A stretch of 60,694 nucleotides of DNA, counting the filler, from Nemertoderma westbladi (taxonomy: Eukaryota; Animalia; Xenacoelomorpha): assembly GCA_032718475.1 (NCBI GenBank). It is 2 parts of 2 records of this genome, joined end to end, with 100 filler letters (N's around TTAATTAATTAA, not from the genome) between each part and the next. Parts side by side here need not be neighbours in the genome. Positions count along the whole stretch, not along the records: positions 29,399 to 60,694 come from JAUCBJ010008284.1; 1 more part is not named here. The stretch is one strand, 5' to 3'. Shown here piece by piece: positions 33,183-46,405 of the stretch; the stretch's first letter is position 1, and every line of letters begins with the position of its first letter. The position numbers and the translations under genes are program-made. The notes under the pieces are model-generated. The model was given only the letters and a program-made list of their open reading frames with translations. It was not told where the DNA came from and searched no databases.

Positions 33183-33627
33183 CTGCAACAAACAAATTAA
33201 AATAAATTATTATTTTTACAGTGTAATATGAATGTGAATATGAATGTTAATGATATAGTATAACTGGATGAATTGGTGTTCGGATTGGCATCTTTATCAA
33301 TAAATATGTATGTATGATAATATGGTGGCACGGCGCCACCATGGAAAAGGCATGTTTGCACTTGGCTTGTATTGCGATGAGATGTCAAAGAGGATAGAAC
33401 TATGATTATTATATTATAAATAGTAAAACAGGCCCAAATAAAGTAAAAGTATATTTTCTTCGGCCGTTAGCCCAGGGATATCGCACAAAGTCTGATACCG
33501 GTATGCAAATACCGGTATATATAAACGTATATATACATATTAGTGGTTAACACATGCTGGGCTTGTGCTCAGTATGCAGTGCATCCTTGTTACTTACTCG
33601 GTGTATGTGCCTGGGTTAGGTACTTAC

Positions 33628-34120
33628 TCGGTGTATGTGCCTGGGTTAGTTGCACAAGTAATTTCTCCTTTATCATCCGTAATGATAATCTCTGGACTGG
33701 CGTATTTCTCGTACAATTGCGATATTCCGCACGAAAATGACAACAATACCAGCATAAATATAAGCAGAAACTTTCCAATATCGATGAGCATACATCCGAG
33801 AGATATCTGCAATGGACCTAAGGAGGGACTCATCTGGAATAAGTATATGATACGAAAGAAGGAAAATACATTGGCAACTGCGAAAACGCATTCCGAACAA
33901 AGAAGAGGGTCATTGTTGGGCCATTCAAATCTAGGAGCACAAACTGGACCGTATCTTCCATCAGAGTTCATATGTTTGATAAGAATAATTGCCATAAATC
34001 GAGTTACAAAAGCCAGCAAGTACATAGATAGCATTATAAAGTCCAACCAGTTCCACCATTGTCGACAGTAGGCTTTGAGGCCACTATCCCATACCTGCTT
34101 GCATTCTCCCCATATCATAC
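33628..34120 (-). CDS. TRPC: TRPC-family channel exon (S2-S5)
   Basis: GMIWGECKQVWDSGLKAY..WWNWLDFIM..DPLLCSECVFAVANVFSFFR..LGPLQISLGCMLIDIGKF. Acceptor ttcag| at 34121 and donor |gtaagt at 33627. Confidence 0.93.
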
Positions 34121-35371
34121 CTGAATAAAGAAATGAAATCACATCACTTACATCTCATATGTAGATCGTATGTCTTATGCGCAGGTCGTGTATGAATGTT
34201 TAGCATTATGTACAAAGGAATTATATAGGCAGTAAATATAGACAGTGTAGACATACATAGTGCAGGCGATCAAGCCCCCCCCCCCCCCACAGAGCAATCA
34301 CCCTGGAAAGTTTACTCAATATATTTTTGTACAGGATATTTTCATTTCTCAATATTTTTCAATAAAATAAGTCCAAATAAATGCAGTTGTTGATAAAGCC
34401 CCATATTTTACCCTACTGACCGGGTGATATTAAATATTTGACTGCGTATTACATTTTTACAGAGAAAATCTGGTAGAAAATCTCTGGATTTCCGTGGCAT
34501 CAGTGAACCAAAACTATAACTATTGCTAATCATGCTAGAACCATAATATAATACTGCCATAATCAGTATAATGAAATAAATATTTCCAATATATATTTTG
34601 TTACATTATGTAAACTTAACAGCGTTCTGGTCAATTACTCGTAACGCTGCAAAGTACTACTTTGCAGCGTTGCGGCCTATAGGACGGAACGCTGCAAAGT
34701 AATCAATGACATGGAAACAACTTCAATTACCGTATTCCAGAATGTATTATTTCCATTTATGTTAATGAGTGCTACTTTATTATCCAGTTTGCAGTGACGG
34801 GACTAGCTACTGTATGTAAATAATTTTTTAACGTGTAGGCTACTGTATTCTTTATATAGAAACGTCTAATAGAAGACACTTTAGAGAAATTGACCAAAGA
34901 AAATGGCGACAGTGTTCACTAAAACTTAACGGACACAGACGGTGACTCAGTTTGCTTCAGTCGACAATAGTCAAGATGGATTAATGATTTATCACATCCA
35001 TGCAGGAGATAACTTCCAATAAACTTTAATTTGATTTAAATGTATAATTAATACTGTGAAATAAATTTCACTTATATTCGATATAGTACATGATTAAAAT
35101 ATATAAATGAGTATCCATAAAATCCTTTCTTCATATACCGAACGCTGATATGTTGAGATAATGTAACAAAATTACATACATCATTGCTTTTAAAGGTCAC
35201 TTTTCAGCGTTAAAGAGCCTTGTTTACTTATGTAAACCTCCCTAGCTGCGCTCACTCGGTACATAAATAAACTCGGGTCATAACGCTGCAAAGTGCTACA
35301 CAATGATGTAAATAGTTATTTTTCATCATTTTTTAAAATTCCAATTAAACCCAGTTGGGGTCTGGGGATGG

Positions 35372-35614
35372 CAGATAGGAAACTGGACGCAATAAAAATT
35401 CATCCCTCTCCAGGGGAAATTGGACGCAAATACAGTAATAGCTGATTACTCTCAAAAATAAAATTGTAACCTGTTCTATTGTGTTTAGTTTATTGTTTTG
35501 GTTTAAATAACGTACCACTGTAACCTGCTCCTTTCCCTAAATTGAGAATTTAACATTGAGGCGGGATATTAATTCGCCAAGGCGGGTTTTGCGTCCAGTT
35601 TCCCCCCCTGTCTC
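35372..35614. mobile_element. MITE with 8-bp TSD (hAT/P-like) inside a TRPC intron
   Basis: TSD GGGGATGG at 35364-35371 and 35615-35622. TIRs CAGATAGGAAACTGGACGCAA / TTGCGTCCAGTTTCC..CCTGTCTC. A second copy lies at ~19613-19825. Confidence 0.75.
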
Positions 35615-35631
35615 GGGGATGGTTAACCTAC

Positions 35632-35771
35632 CTGTGGCCCATAAGAATATGAGGTATTCAACCCAGTTGGGGTCTGGGGCCCTTAAATACTGAAACTCTT
35701 CAGAACTGACGTCACGAAATGTATTCTTATTGGCCAGCAACAGAAGCATTAGAAAGTAAATAAACGAACTA
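35632..35771 (-). CDS. TRPC: TRPC-family channel exon (S1-S2); upstream ankyrin-repeat exons not identified in the window
   Basis: SSFIYFLMLLLLA..RAPDPNWVEYLIFLWATG. Acceptor tttgcag| at 35772 and donor |gtaggt at 35631. The phase-1 join to the 34120 exon restores a Gly codon. Confidence 0.88.
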
Positions 35772-36817
35772 CTGCAAAGTAAAAATAGGGATTAATATGT
35801 ATTATTACTACTCTATAATAACTATTTACATAATAGTGTGTGAAATAGCACTCGTGTCTTTATTATTTGCCTTTATTCACATGTTTGTTAGTGAAAAAAA
35901 CAACTCAGATAATGACACTGTAAATAATTGAATGTATAATATACGTTACATAATTGATTGAGGAAAGCAAAATAAAAGTTATATTCTTTGTCAAGAAAAT
36001 AGTATCGGAAAGAATAACTTTTTCACTAATTTTCATTGACTAAAATTCAATTATATTATGTCCGAGAGTTTTGCACGAGTCACAAGTTGGCAGGTTTTTA
36101 ACATGGGCGAACCAAGTGCTAAAATGCCATATCGAGTGCAAAATGAAATACACGAGGCAGAAAATTGCTGCGGCTGGTGGGACTTGTGTCATGCCCGTGG
36201 TGTCGTGGTGCGGGGTCTTTACAATTAGTTAACTTTCGGAGAACATTCAATAGCAAGAATTTCATTATTATTTTGTAAAATATAAGGCAAAGTAACACCA
36301 TTTTTCATGCCGAGTGAACCAATCGGCATATATCGGGCACTACCAATAAACAGATTCTATAGGTTGGTCTAGACAGATAAAATTCACTGGTTAGAAACTG
36401 CAGAGAAGCGAAGGTATCTCTTTAATCAAGAACTAACAAGTGATTCCACCGGGAACTCTTGAACCCGTAACAAAAGAAGTTATCAAGTCACACAAGGCCT
36501 ACGGGAAACAGATTCTTTATAAAACTCTGTAAAAACAACACATGACAAGAGGTGATAATTAACTCTAGAATTCACCAATCTCGACACAGATTAATTATTG
36601 AGCTGAACAACCAAAGTCAAAATGTATTTTCAGCGCTCAAGTTTATCTTCTTTTTTTTTTTTTTTTTTACAAAAGACCAATAGCAGTCTTTTACATTTTA
36701 AAAGATTTACAGGCTTCTCAGGCCAAAGTCTATCCAGTATTTCTATAGATTAAAGTGTTTGTCTTACAGTTTTTTTTTGTTATTTTCAATGTACAAAGTT
36801 CTTTCAAGAGTTAAGTG

Positions 36818-37765
36818 GCGCAGCGGCCTGGGAGTCGAACATGGGGCAGCGGCCCGGGAGTCGAAGTTGGGGCAGGCCAGGGAGTCGAAGATGGGGCAGC
36901 GGCCTGGGAGTCGTAGATGGGACAGCGGCCTGGCAGTCGAAGATGGGGCAGTGGCCTGGGAGTCGAAGATGGGGGAGCGGCCTGGGAGTCGAAGATGGGG
37001 CAGAGGCCTGGGAGTCGAAGATGTGGCAGAAGCCTGGGAGTCCAAGATGGGGCAGCGGCCTGGGAGTCGAAGATGGGGCAGAGGCCTGGGAGTCGAAGAT
37101 GGGGCAGAGGCCTGGGAGTCGAAGATGGGGCAGCGGCCTGGGTGTCGAAGATGGGGCAGCGGCCTGGGAGTCGAAGATGGGGCAGCGGCGTGGGAGTCGA
37201 AGATGGGACAGCGGCCTGTGATTCGAAGATGGGGCAGCGGCCTGGGAGTCGAAGATGGGGCAACAGCCTGCGAGTCAAAGATGGGGCAGTGGCCTGGGAG
37301 TCGAAGATGGGGCAGCGGCCTGGGAGTCGAAGATGAGGCAGCGGTATGGTAGTCGAAGATGGGGCAGCGAGCTGGGAGTCGAAGATGGGGCAGCGGCCTG
37401 GGAGTCGAAGATGGGGCATCAGCCTGTGAGTCAAAGATGGGGCAGTGGCCTGGGAGTCGAAGATGGGGCAGCGGCCTGTGAGTCGAAGATGGGGCAGCAG
37501 CCTGGGAGTCGAAGATGGGGCAGCGGCCTGTGAGTCGAAGATGGGGCAGCGGCCTGGGAGTCGAAGATGGGGCAGCAGCCTGCGAGTCAAAGATGGGGCA
37601 GCGGCATGGGAGTCGAAGATGGGGCAGCGGCATGGGAGTCGAAGAATGGGCAGCGTCTTGGGAGTCGAAGATGGGGCAGCGGCCTGGGAGTCGAAGATGG
37701 GGCGGTGGCATGGGAGTCTAAGATGGGGCAGCGGCCTGGGAGTCGAAGATGGGGCAGCGGCCTGC
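36818..37765. repeat. 26-bp G-rich minisatellite (CAGCGGCCTGGGAGTCGAAGATGGGG), ~36 copies
   Basis: Direct periodicity (37131 to 37157). Confidence 0.97.
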
Positions 37766-39481
37766 CAGCAGTTCCTGCTGTTTGATTGTTGTGTTCTAAA
37801 TAGAAATCCTTCCAAACATCCCTAAATTTCCATTTAGTTTAATACAGTTTGATAAATTTAGTTTAATAAATTTAATACAGTTTGTTTATCCACAACGCAC
37901 ACATCACTAACATGAACCTATACACAGATTCGTAACTCAAACCGACAGTATTAACTTTAAGTTTTTACATTTACTACATATTAGCTACCGCATCCCTTTC
38001 TATAATTAAGTAAATATTTTACATTTTTTTAGGCGATTTATACACGTTCGTGGGGCCTTCGCGCAGCACGAGAGCCTAAATTAGAAAGTACATTATACTA
38101 ATCTCTATTAGATATACGAAAACTGTCTTTCAAAAAATTTGTATGAGTGAAGGCGATGCTATCAGTTTGTGATAAACTAGTTGTAAAAATAGAGATCCAT
38201 TTCAGTTTGCCCTTACACACATTAACTGTCATTTGTAAACCTTCTAACTAGGGCTACTTAAGTTAAGTATGACATTTTAAGTTTTACAGTACCTTTCTCC
38301 TTCATTAGCCTCGTTGCGCTCGTCCTGTTTTGTCTTAAGATAATTTCCCTAAACGGAGACTAACGACCTTTATAACTGTGTAAAGTCTCGAAACTGTGAG
38401 AGTAACTACTGATTTATGGCAGAAGGATACTCGTATCCACTGTAGACTCGTTGCGTTCGTTCGTTTTTGACCAAACTTGAGATTCTTTCTAAACTTTTGC
38501 CGGACTACATACGTACCAAGTTTCGTTTAATTTCATCAAGGAAGAACCGAGTTATTAGCGATCAAAAATTTACGATGACAACGACGACGACAGACAACTC
38601 GTTAATGGTATCCATATGCTAAGGCTTCGCTGACTTCGTGGCTCGCCCCACAGTACATGAATTTCACGACATAGGGGCTCATAAAAAACATTCGCAGATA
38701 ATCGTTTTAATGATTGGATCTCATGCCAAACATCCTAAAGTATCTGAAATTAGAAGCAAATTCCGCTTTGTGTGGGCTCCTACTTGCAAGTTGAAATTGA
38801 CTACATTTTTTTACATCTTCCAAAATCTCTGTGCGAATTTTTCCTACAATTAAGGCGAAAATACAGTCATTATAAATATCATTAATCCTAGTCTGTCTAA
38901 TTGCCTGTGTGAGTGATGGTTCAACCTCGGTTGTAGTTGAGAAATAAATTTATATTGGTTTTCTAGAAAGCAATCAACTTCGCTTGAAAAAATAACAAAA
39001 AGCTATTGCGAATTTCGGAATTCCGTAACGAAAACATGACATTTTTAAAATAGCTTTTAAACTACGCAACATGTGACATTCAAATTCTAAATTATTATCT
39101 TCCTCTAACCGCTGGGAATACAGCGGTTACATTATATATATTAAAATCCGGGATGTCCCCGGCGCTATAATATTGCCATAAATAAAATCATTAAAATCGA
39201 CGCACATAACGCTTAAAATAATAGAGTAAGGGCACATAACATCAGAAAGTGGTTAAATTGGTCCTAATAAATAATACTATTTCTATTAGGTTGCCACAAG
39301 TAGACAATATGTGGCGGTTGCGCCACATACGTTGAATATTATTAGCAAGTAGGCAGTATTGTAGGCAGTATGTTCAAAGATATACCATGACACGGGGCCA
39401 ACGCCAACATGAATATACATTTCAAGCCAATGTTATCCAACATGAATATACATTTCAAGCCAATGATAGCACACTAAGTAG

Positions 39482-39815
39482 CTGGTACACAACGAGACGT
39501 TAGTGTTGGTGTAGACTGGTACACTGCACGACGTTAGTGTTGGTGTAGACTGGTACATTGCGCGACGTGTAGACTGGTACACAGCGAGACGTTAGTGTTG
39601 GTGTAGACTGGTACATTGCGCGACGTGTAGACTGGTACACAGCGAGACGTTAGTGTTGGTGTAGACTGGTACACTGCACGACGTTAGTGTTGGTGTAGAC
39701 TGGTACATTGCGCGACGTGTAGACTGGTACACAGCGAGACGTTAGTGTTGGTGTAGATTGGTACACAGCGAGACGTTAGTGTTGGTGGAGACTGGTACAC
39801 TGCGAGACGTTAGTT
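39482..39815. repeat. Mixed 34/23-bp tandem repeat (CTGGTACACAGCGAGACGTTAGTGTTGGTGTAGA)
   Basis: Direct repeats visible in the sequence. Confidence 0.9.
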
Positions 39816-39970
39816 TTGTATTCAATATACAATGCATAGAAACCTTATGATTATCATTGATATACAGTACCACCACCCCCCCCCCCCTTTACCCAGAAAA
39901 CTAACTGTTATTTTCTATAGTTACCTCTAACATTGGCATTCAAAGTATTGTATTATATTGCCATTTTTAT

Positions 39971-40078
39971 ACACCATGTCCGGAATATAGTGCGTAATTC
40001 AATGACACGACCCCCCCCCCCCCCCCCCAACACTTGTCGTGTCATTGAATTGCGACACTATATTCCGGGGCATGGTGT
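39971..40078. repeat. Short inverted repeat around a poly-C spacer (mini foldback)
   Basis: ACACCATGTCCGGAATATAGTGCGTAATTCAATGACACGAC / GTCGTGTCATTGAATTGCGACACTATATTCCGGGGCATGGTGT. A related arm occurs at ~8385-8420. Confidence 0.8.
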
Positions 40079-40745
40079 TGTATGTATATCACGATGACAA
40101 TTATCCCAGTTCAATAACTTCCCACATTCGCACGAAATTCCGTAACGATCTGGTTTGTAATCCCGTAACGACACCAATAAAGGTGTAACACCAAATTGAT
40201 TGCTAAATCTGGTTAATCTTTACCATGGCGGGCATTTTGAACATCTCTACTTCTGCGCAATATGTTTAGTTACAATTCAAAACTCAATAATTCGCAGAAC
40301 TTTCACTTTAATAAAATTATAAAAAAGCCTTGTCTATTTTGTGTAATTCCGTAACGTAATGTTTGCAATTGTTGTGAAAAATAATAAATCCGAGGCAAAT
40401 GGATTAAAACTAACGAAACCAATATGTTCTCTGATAATTTGTCTTACTATGCTCCACAAATTAAAGTTCATTTAAGTTATCTTCGAAACACCAGGTAACA
40501 CTTTATCTGGGAAAACTCGTGCGAAATGTAATTCTGTAACGATGAAATTCATGAGTGGCTCAGAACCGTCTTTTTATTATGTATTTTTTGGCGCCTACCT
40601 TATAAATTCAAATTTTGCAGCATGCAACATTTAGGCTAATTTTGTACATTATTCCTTTTGATGATTTTGTTTAAAAATCGATATGTTTAGAACTTATGCA
40701 TATTATTTCATTGTTTTTAGGTACTTGAATATATTAATATGAAGT

Positions 40746-41251
40746 TAAAGATTATCCCGCTTGCTGTTACTTTTATACTAAAGATTATCCCGCTTGCTGT
40801 TTACTTTTATACTAAAGATTATCCCGCTTGCTGTTTACTTTTATACTAAAGATTATCCCGCTTGCTGTTTACTTTTATACTAAAGATTATCCCGCTTGCT
40901 GTTACTTTTATACTAAAGATTATCCCGCTTGCTGTTTACTTTTATACTAAAGATTATCCCGCTTGCTGTTTACTTTTATACTAAAGATTATCCCGCTTGC
41001 TGTTACTTTTATACTAAAGATTATCCCGCTTGCTGTTTACTTTTATACTAAAGATTATCCCGCTTGCTGTTTACTTTTATACTAAAGATTATCCCGCTTG
41101 CTGTTACTTTTATACTAAAGATTATCCCGCTTGCTGTTTACTTTTATACTAAAGATTATCCCGCTTGCTGTTACTTTTATACTAAAGATTATCCCGCTTG
41201 CTGTTTACTTTTATACTAAAGATTATCCCGCTTGCTGTTTACTTTTATACT
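40746..41251. repeat. 33/34-bp minisatellite (AAAGATTATCCCGCTTGCTGTT(T)ACTTTTATACT), ~15 copies
   Basis: Direct periodicity. Confidence 0.97.
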
Positions 41252-41317
41252 CTCATTGCATTTCCCTAAATCAATTCCACTTAAAACAATAAATTTGTTG
41301 GTTTATTATAGACTTGA

Positions 41318-41820
41318 ATATTATAGGTTTGTATATTATAGGTTTGTATATTATAGGTTTGTATATTATAGGTTTGTATAGTATAGGTTTGTATATTATA
41401 GGTTTGTATATTATAGGTTTGTATATTATAGGTTTGTATATTATAGGTTTGTATATTATAGGTTTGTATATTATAGGTTTGTATATTATAGGTTTGTATA
41501 TTATAGGTTTGTATATTATAGGTTTGTATATTATAGGTTTGTATATTATAGGTTTGTATATTATAGGTTTGTATATTATAGGTTTGTATATTATAGGTTT
41601 GTATATTATAGGTTTGTATATTATAGGTTTGTATATTATAGGTTTGTATATTATAGGTTTGTATATTATAGGTTTGTATATTATAGGTTTGTATATTATA
41701 GGTTTGTATATTATAGGTTTGTATATTATAGGTTTGTATATTATAGGTTTGTATATTATAGGTTTGTATATTATAGGTTTGTATATTATAGGTTTGTATA
41801 TTATAGGTTTGTATATTATA
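41318..41820. repeat. 15-bp minisatellite (TATTATAGGTTTGTA), ~33 copies
   Basis: Near-perfect periodicity. Confidence 0.98.
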
Positions 41821-44800
41821 TGGATTATATTACTAACAAAATGATACTTTTCCTATGTAAAAAATAGCCTAATTATTATTTTTAATAAAAACGGATGTAT
41901 TTAAAATATTTACCATACAAGGCCAAATTAATGATAATCGTCAAACCATTGTATTGCTGTATTGATTGGTTAAGAAATAAATGATTTAGAATGTCACTTT
42001 AATAGTAGGAAGTGAAGTCAGAGGGGTTTCTAAATATCCATAGTGCTTAAATTATAGCAAGCTGCCATGTAAGAGGGGTGCAATGCCTAAGTAAGACATA
42101 ACGCCATTCCCCTACCCTAATTTATTTTGCCAGCTTAGTTTACATTCGCTGAATTCCTCCAGCAGTTTATTGATTAAAATTCAGTACGCCGAAGGGGTTG
42201 AATAAAGAGGGGGGTTTAGTGACTGGGGGAAACTCGATTAATGAGTACATTCAATAAACTGGATGCTGGAGGGGTGGGGTGGGGGTGGGGGGGTTGGTTC
42301 GCGGATAATCAGTGACAATCTCTACATCCATTAACCTATTCAATATATCTCCCGGGCATACACTTCCCTTTGCTTAATGGTGAACTAATTACTTTAAACT
42401 ATCTTTTTACTCTGATGACTTTCAATGGGTTAGATACGCCACTTGACATCCCTGGATTCACTTCATTAGTCGACTCAGGAACAACATAATCAAAGAGCTC
42501 GTTTATTATTGAAAGTTGTTCTTTTTTTCTTGCAGTTTGATTTTTCATGTAAGTTAATAATAAACAAATCTATGTGGAAATTTATACTTCTAGAAAAAGA
42601 AATAAAGAAAATATACCAATTAAATTGTAGATGATTGCGGTATGTTGAAGTTGATGTTCCTTACAGTATAGTTCCCCAAGCCAAGAGGGAATTGTCTTGG
42701 AGCAGCCAAGTCCTCACGATGTTAGTGGCCCAAGATTACGTGTTACCTATAGTATTCATCAGACATTGCCACTAATAATATTTGCAGAATTCTAGTTTGT
42801 GTGAATGTAATCTCTATTTGGCATCTTTAATGGCCTCCCATGTGGGAATTATATTATTATCTTCTCTATCAATGATAGAAATATTCCGACTGGCCTTGAG
42901 GCAGTCTGGTGTTTATGACATTGATGATATATGATATGGTTGAATGTGTCTGTGCCTCGGTGTGGCAGGAAGATTCTAGCGATCTTCCGGGAATATATGA
43001 CATTAATCTGAACTGAAATACTACACTACTGTACTCGAGGTACATTGAGTGAGTGGATTGAAATAAACCTGGGGCTATGGAATGTATATGGGGTCCCAAC
43101 TGCCTTGACTGCCCAACTGCCCAGACTGCCTGAGTTTCGCTGTACAACTTTACTTATTTTATATGTTTTTTGTTTAGGGTACGGACTATAAGTTTGCGTA
43201 CAGATCTGTATCACGTACAGTACTTAGTTCCAAAATAGACTTTTGCGAACTTTGTTCCAAAAGTTGCACACTTTTCTACCAAAATACCCCCCCCCCCCAT
43301 CCCTTATAATAATTGGATGCCACAATAAAACAAAACTAAATTAGTCAGGAAAATTTCAAAGTAGTATAAAATTTACTGGTTTTTTAAATACCGGCATAAT
43401 AACAACTTTTATTGTACGATTACGATATTACGAATCGAATATATACCAACTACTTCCTTTGTCGACTCTTGTACCTCTGTTGTAGTCCGACCATTAGATA
43501 GTGCGTGGCGAGACACATGGTGTCGACACTACGGTCTGGGATGGACAAGTTTCGTCCTGATCACCTCAAATTGCATTATCACACAGGTGAAGTGTAGTAG
43601 TTTATTACTGCCCCGCCCCAGGTTGATTTCTGGCCAATTTCTGGCCTGGATTTAACGGGCCAATTTAGCACAGATGAGTTCCTTCTAAAAAGTTTCCACT
43701 GCTTCCTAGTTGTCATAACAACCCACCACATTAAATACTCAATAGTATACATTTAAATACAGTATGTACCTGTACCGCATTATGTAGTTGAAATATCAAA
43801 GTTAATTGGAACATTTTAGTTAATTGGAACAAAGTTTGCATCCTATTTGAACAAAGTTCGTGTCTATAACTAATTGTAACAGATTTCGCATCTATTGGAA
43901 CAAGGTTCTCGTTTATTGGAACAAAGTTCGCAGTTGAACTAATGTCATGGGACACAGTACTGCACTGTATGTTGCCAAAAAACATTGATAAAACATTGAC
44001 TACAAGGTTGCTTTCAAATCGCCACCTAGCGGCTGATAGGAATTATAGAAAACTGTCTGTGTAGGAATTGAAAATCATTTTATCCTTTCGCTTTTTAATG
44101 ACAAGATCTAACTAGATATACTAATTGGTTTTGTTGAATAGCCCCTAACTATTCTTGTAAACTGGTTTAATGCTTATGCAGTATTATTTATGCTTATGCC
44201 TTATGCAGTGTGCAGATATGATTTCTGGCAACATCCCAAATTTCGTACCAGTGATAAAATCCGTTCCCCTCCCCTGTTACCATTTTTTAACGGAACGATA
44301 CTAAAATTGTAATAGTGCAATAGTATTAATAATATAGGGTCTAACTTAGATAAACATATTTTCAATATATTGTTATTTACGCTTCGCGCAGCCAACACAA
44401 ACTGGAGAGTTTTTCGCGATTTTGCCAAAATGTCATATTTCAAATGTATTTTTAAATTTGTTTCTCAATTTGCCGGAAAGTCCTGCGTGGGGAATGTTAA
44501 TAATGTTAAAAAAATTCATCAGGAGAGGTCAATTTGCCCTTCCTCCAGCGCGTGAGAAAAACTAGTCTTTTTATTTTGTTAGGAATTTATACTGACTTAT
44601 ATGTAATACACAGCCGTACATATACCGTACTGTAATACACAGCAGCCCAGCGCATATCGTACTGTAATACACAGCAGCACAGCGCATACCGTACTGTAAT
44701 ACACAGCAGCACAATGCATACCGTACTGTAATACACAGCAGCACAGCGCATATCATACTGTAATACACAGCAGTACAACGCATACCGTACTGTAATACAC

Positions 44801-44849
44801 AGCAGCACAGCGCATACCGTACTGTAATACACAACAGTACAGCGCATAC

Positions 44850-46351
44850 TACTACTACTACTACTAGGATCGGCATGCTGCATTGCAGCTGCATTTTTAA
44901 GAATGCTGTGCCGGCTTATCGACAAAATTGCACCGCCACAACTCCCTATCACCCATGACATTTGCTAGATCATCCGCATCTTCAAGGCCAGTGTCCTTTA
45001 AGATGCGTCTCAAGAAAGTCATGGGCTGTCCACCATGCTTATTCACTCCATGAGGCTGCCAAAGTACAAGATTATGCACTGGCTGGTCCTCACGGCGAAA
45101 GCAATGTCCTGCAAAGCGGAGGCGATTTTGTTCTAGTGTCAAGCTTGGGGGAACCAATGAGACACCTCCAATGTTATATAGTGTCTGGTTGGAGATGTGT
45201 GCATTGAACTTGACACAATGAACCCGGCGTAGCATTCTTGTGAATGTGCCGTCCAGAGATTTGGTGTCCTCAGCAGTTAGAGCCCAGCATGGACTCCCAT
45301 AGAGGAGTACTGGAACTACTGCTGCTCTAAATAACCGGACCGTAAGTTTCCGATTAATTCTCGGTGACTTCCAAATCCTGGAAAGCCTATTCAAGGCTGC
45401 CCATGCCTTTCCCTTACGTATTCGAAGGTCCTCACCTGACTTCCGGATCCATGATCCCAGGTAACAGAAGTCATCCACATGCTCAAGCATACCATCTTTT
45501 GAGCTTATGCTCATCCGATCAGAGACTTGCTGAGGACTTTCAAAGTTAACTGTCAAAATTTTGGTCTTTCTGGAGTTAATAAAAAGATCAACACTAGAAG
45601 CAGCATGTTCTAATGAGCTGAGGAGCCGTTGGGCTCCCTCTAGTGATTCTGAGAGTACTTCTAAGTCATCAGCAAAGTCTAGATAAAGTTAGGTAATTGG
45701 CAGGATTTCCTCGACTTCTGGAGCCAGTAGGTGGAGTTATCATCACCCCATCATCATTATGATAATCTAAGGACATGCGTAGAACATAGTCAACAACAAT
45801 TATGAACAAGAATGGTGCAAGTGTGTCTCCCTGGAGGACGCCCCATAACACTTCAAATGGTTCTGTGTCACCGGCAACAGTAGACACAAATGTTGTCGAA
45901 CCATCGTATACTGATCTGATTGCTGCAATAATTTCATCAGGAATATAATGAAAGTATGCTGAACATACGTGAGCGAGAGACTGAATCAAAGGCCTTGAAG
46001 AAGTCAACAAATATAACAGCCAGATGCCTGTCTTTCTTTTTTGATAACTCTTCAATTATCCTTCTAAGTGCCAAAATGGGCTCCATGGTCCCACGACCTT
46101 TACGGAACCCATTCTGATTTCCACGTAGCAGTCTCTCAATGGGATCCCTGATGCGATTTAATATAATTCTATTGTATAGCTTTGCAGCAATCGAGATGAA
46201 TGAAATTCCCCGAAAAGAACCATAGAGTGTTAGGTTGCCCTTCTTGGGAACTGGCACCAACTTATTTGTTTTCATTTCTTGTGGGACTCTTGTCGTATGG
46301 TACATGTCTACTATGATGGGATAGATGAGCTTTAAACACTCAGGTATTTTA
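44850..46351 (-). mobile_element. 5'-truncated, frameshifted RTE-like non-LTR retrotransposon (RT domain)
   Basis: PVPKKG, QNGFRKGR, FVDFFKAFDSV, GVLQGDTLAPFLF, FADD, FCYLGS, RLRFAGHC. (TAG)n 3' tail. TSD ACAGCGCATAC at 44839-44849 and 46352-46362. Confidence 0.9.
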
Positions 46352-46405
46352 ACAGCGCATACCATACTGTAATACACAGCAGTACAGCGCATACCATACT
46401 GTAAT

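Noticed and set aside
36119-36301. Further TRPC exon
   Set aside because: The translation has no ankyrin or pre-S1 similarity that I can recognise.
36759-37825. Pro/Arg-rich ORFs
   Set aside because: Products of the 26-bp minisatellite in multiple frames.
41314-41844. (IIGLY)n membrane protein
   Set aside because: Pure 15-bp tandem repeat with a non-ATG start.
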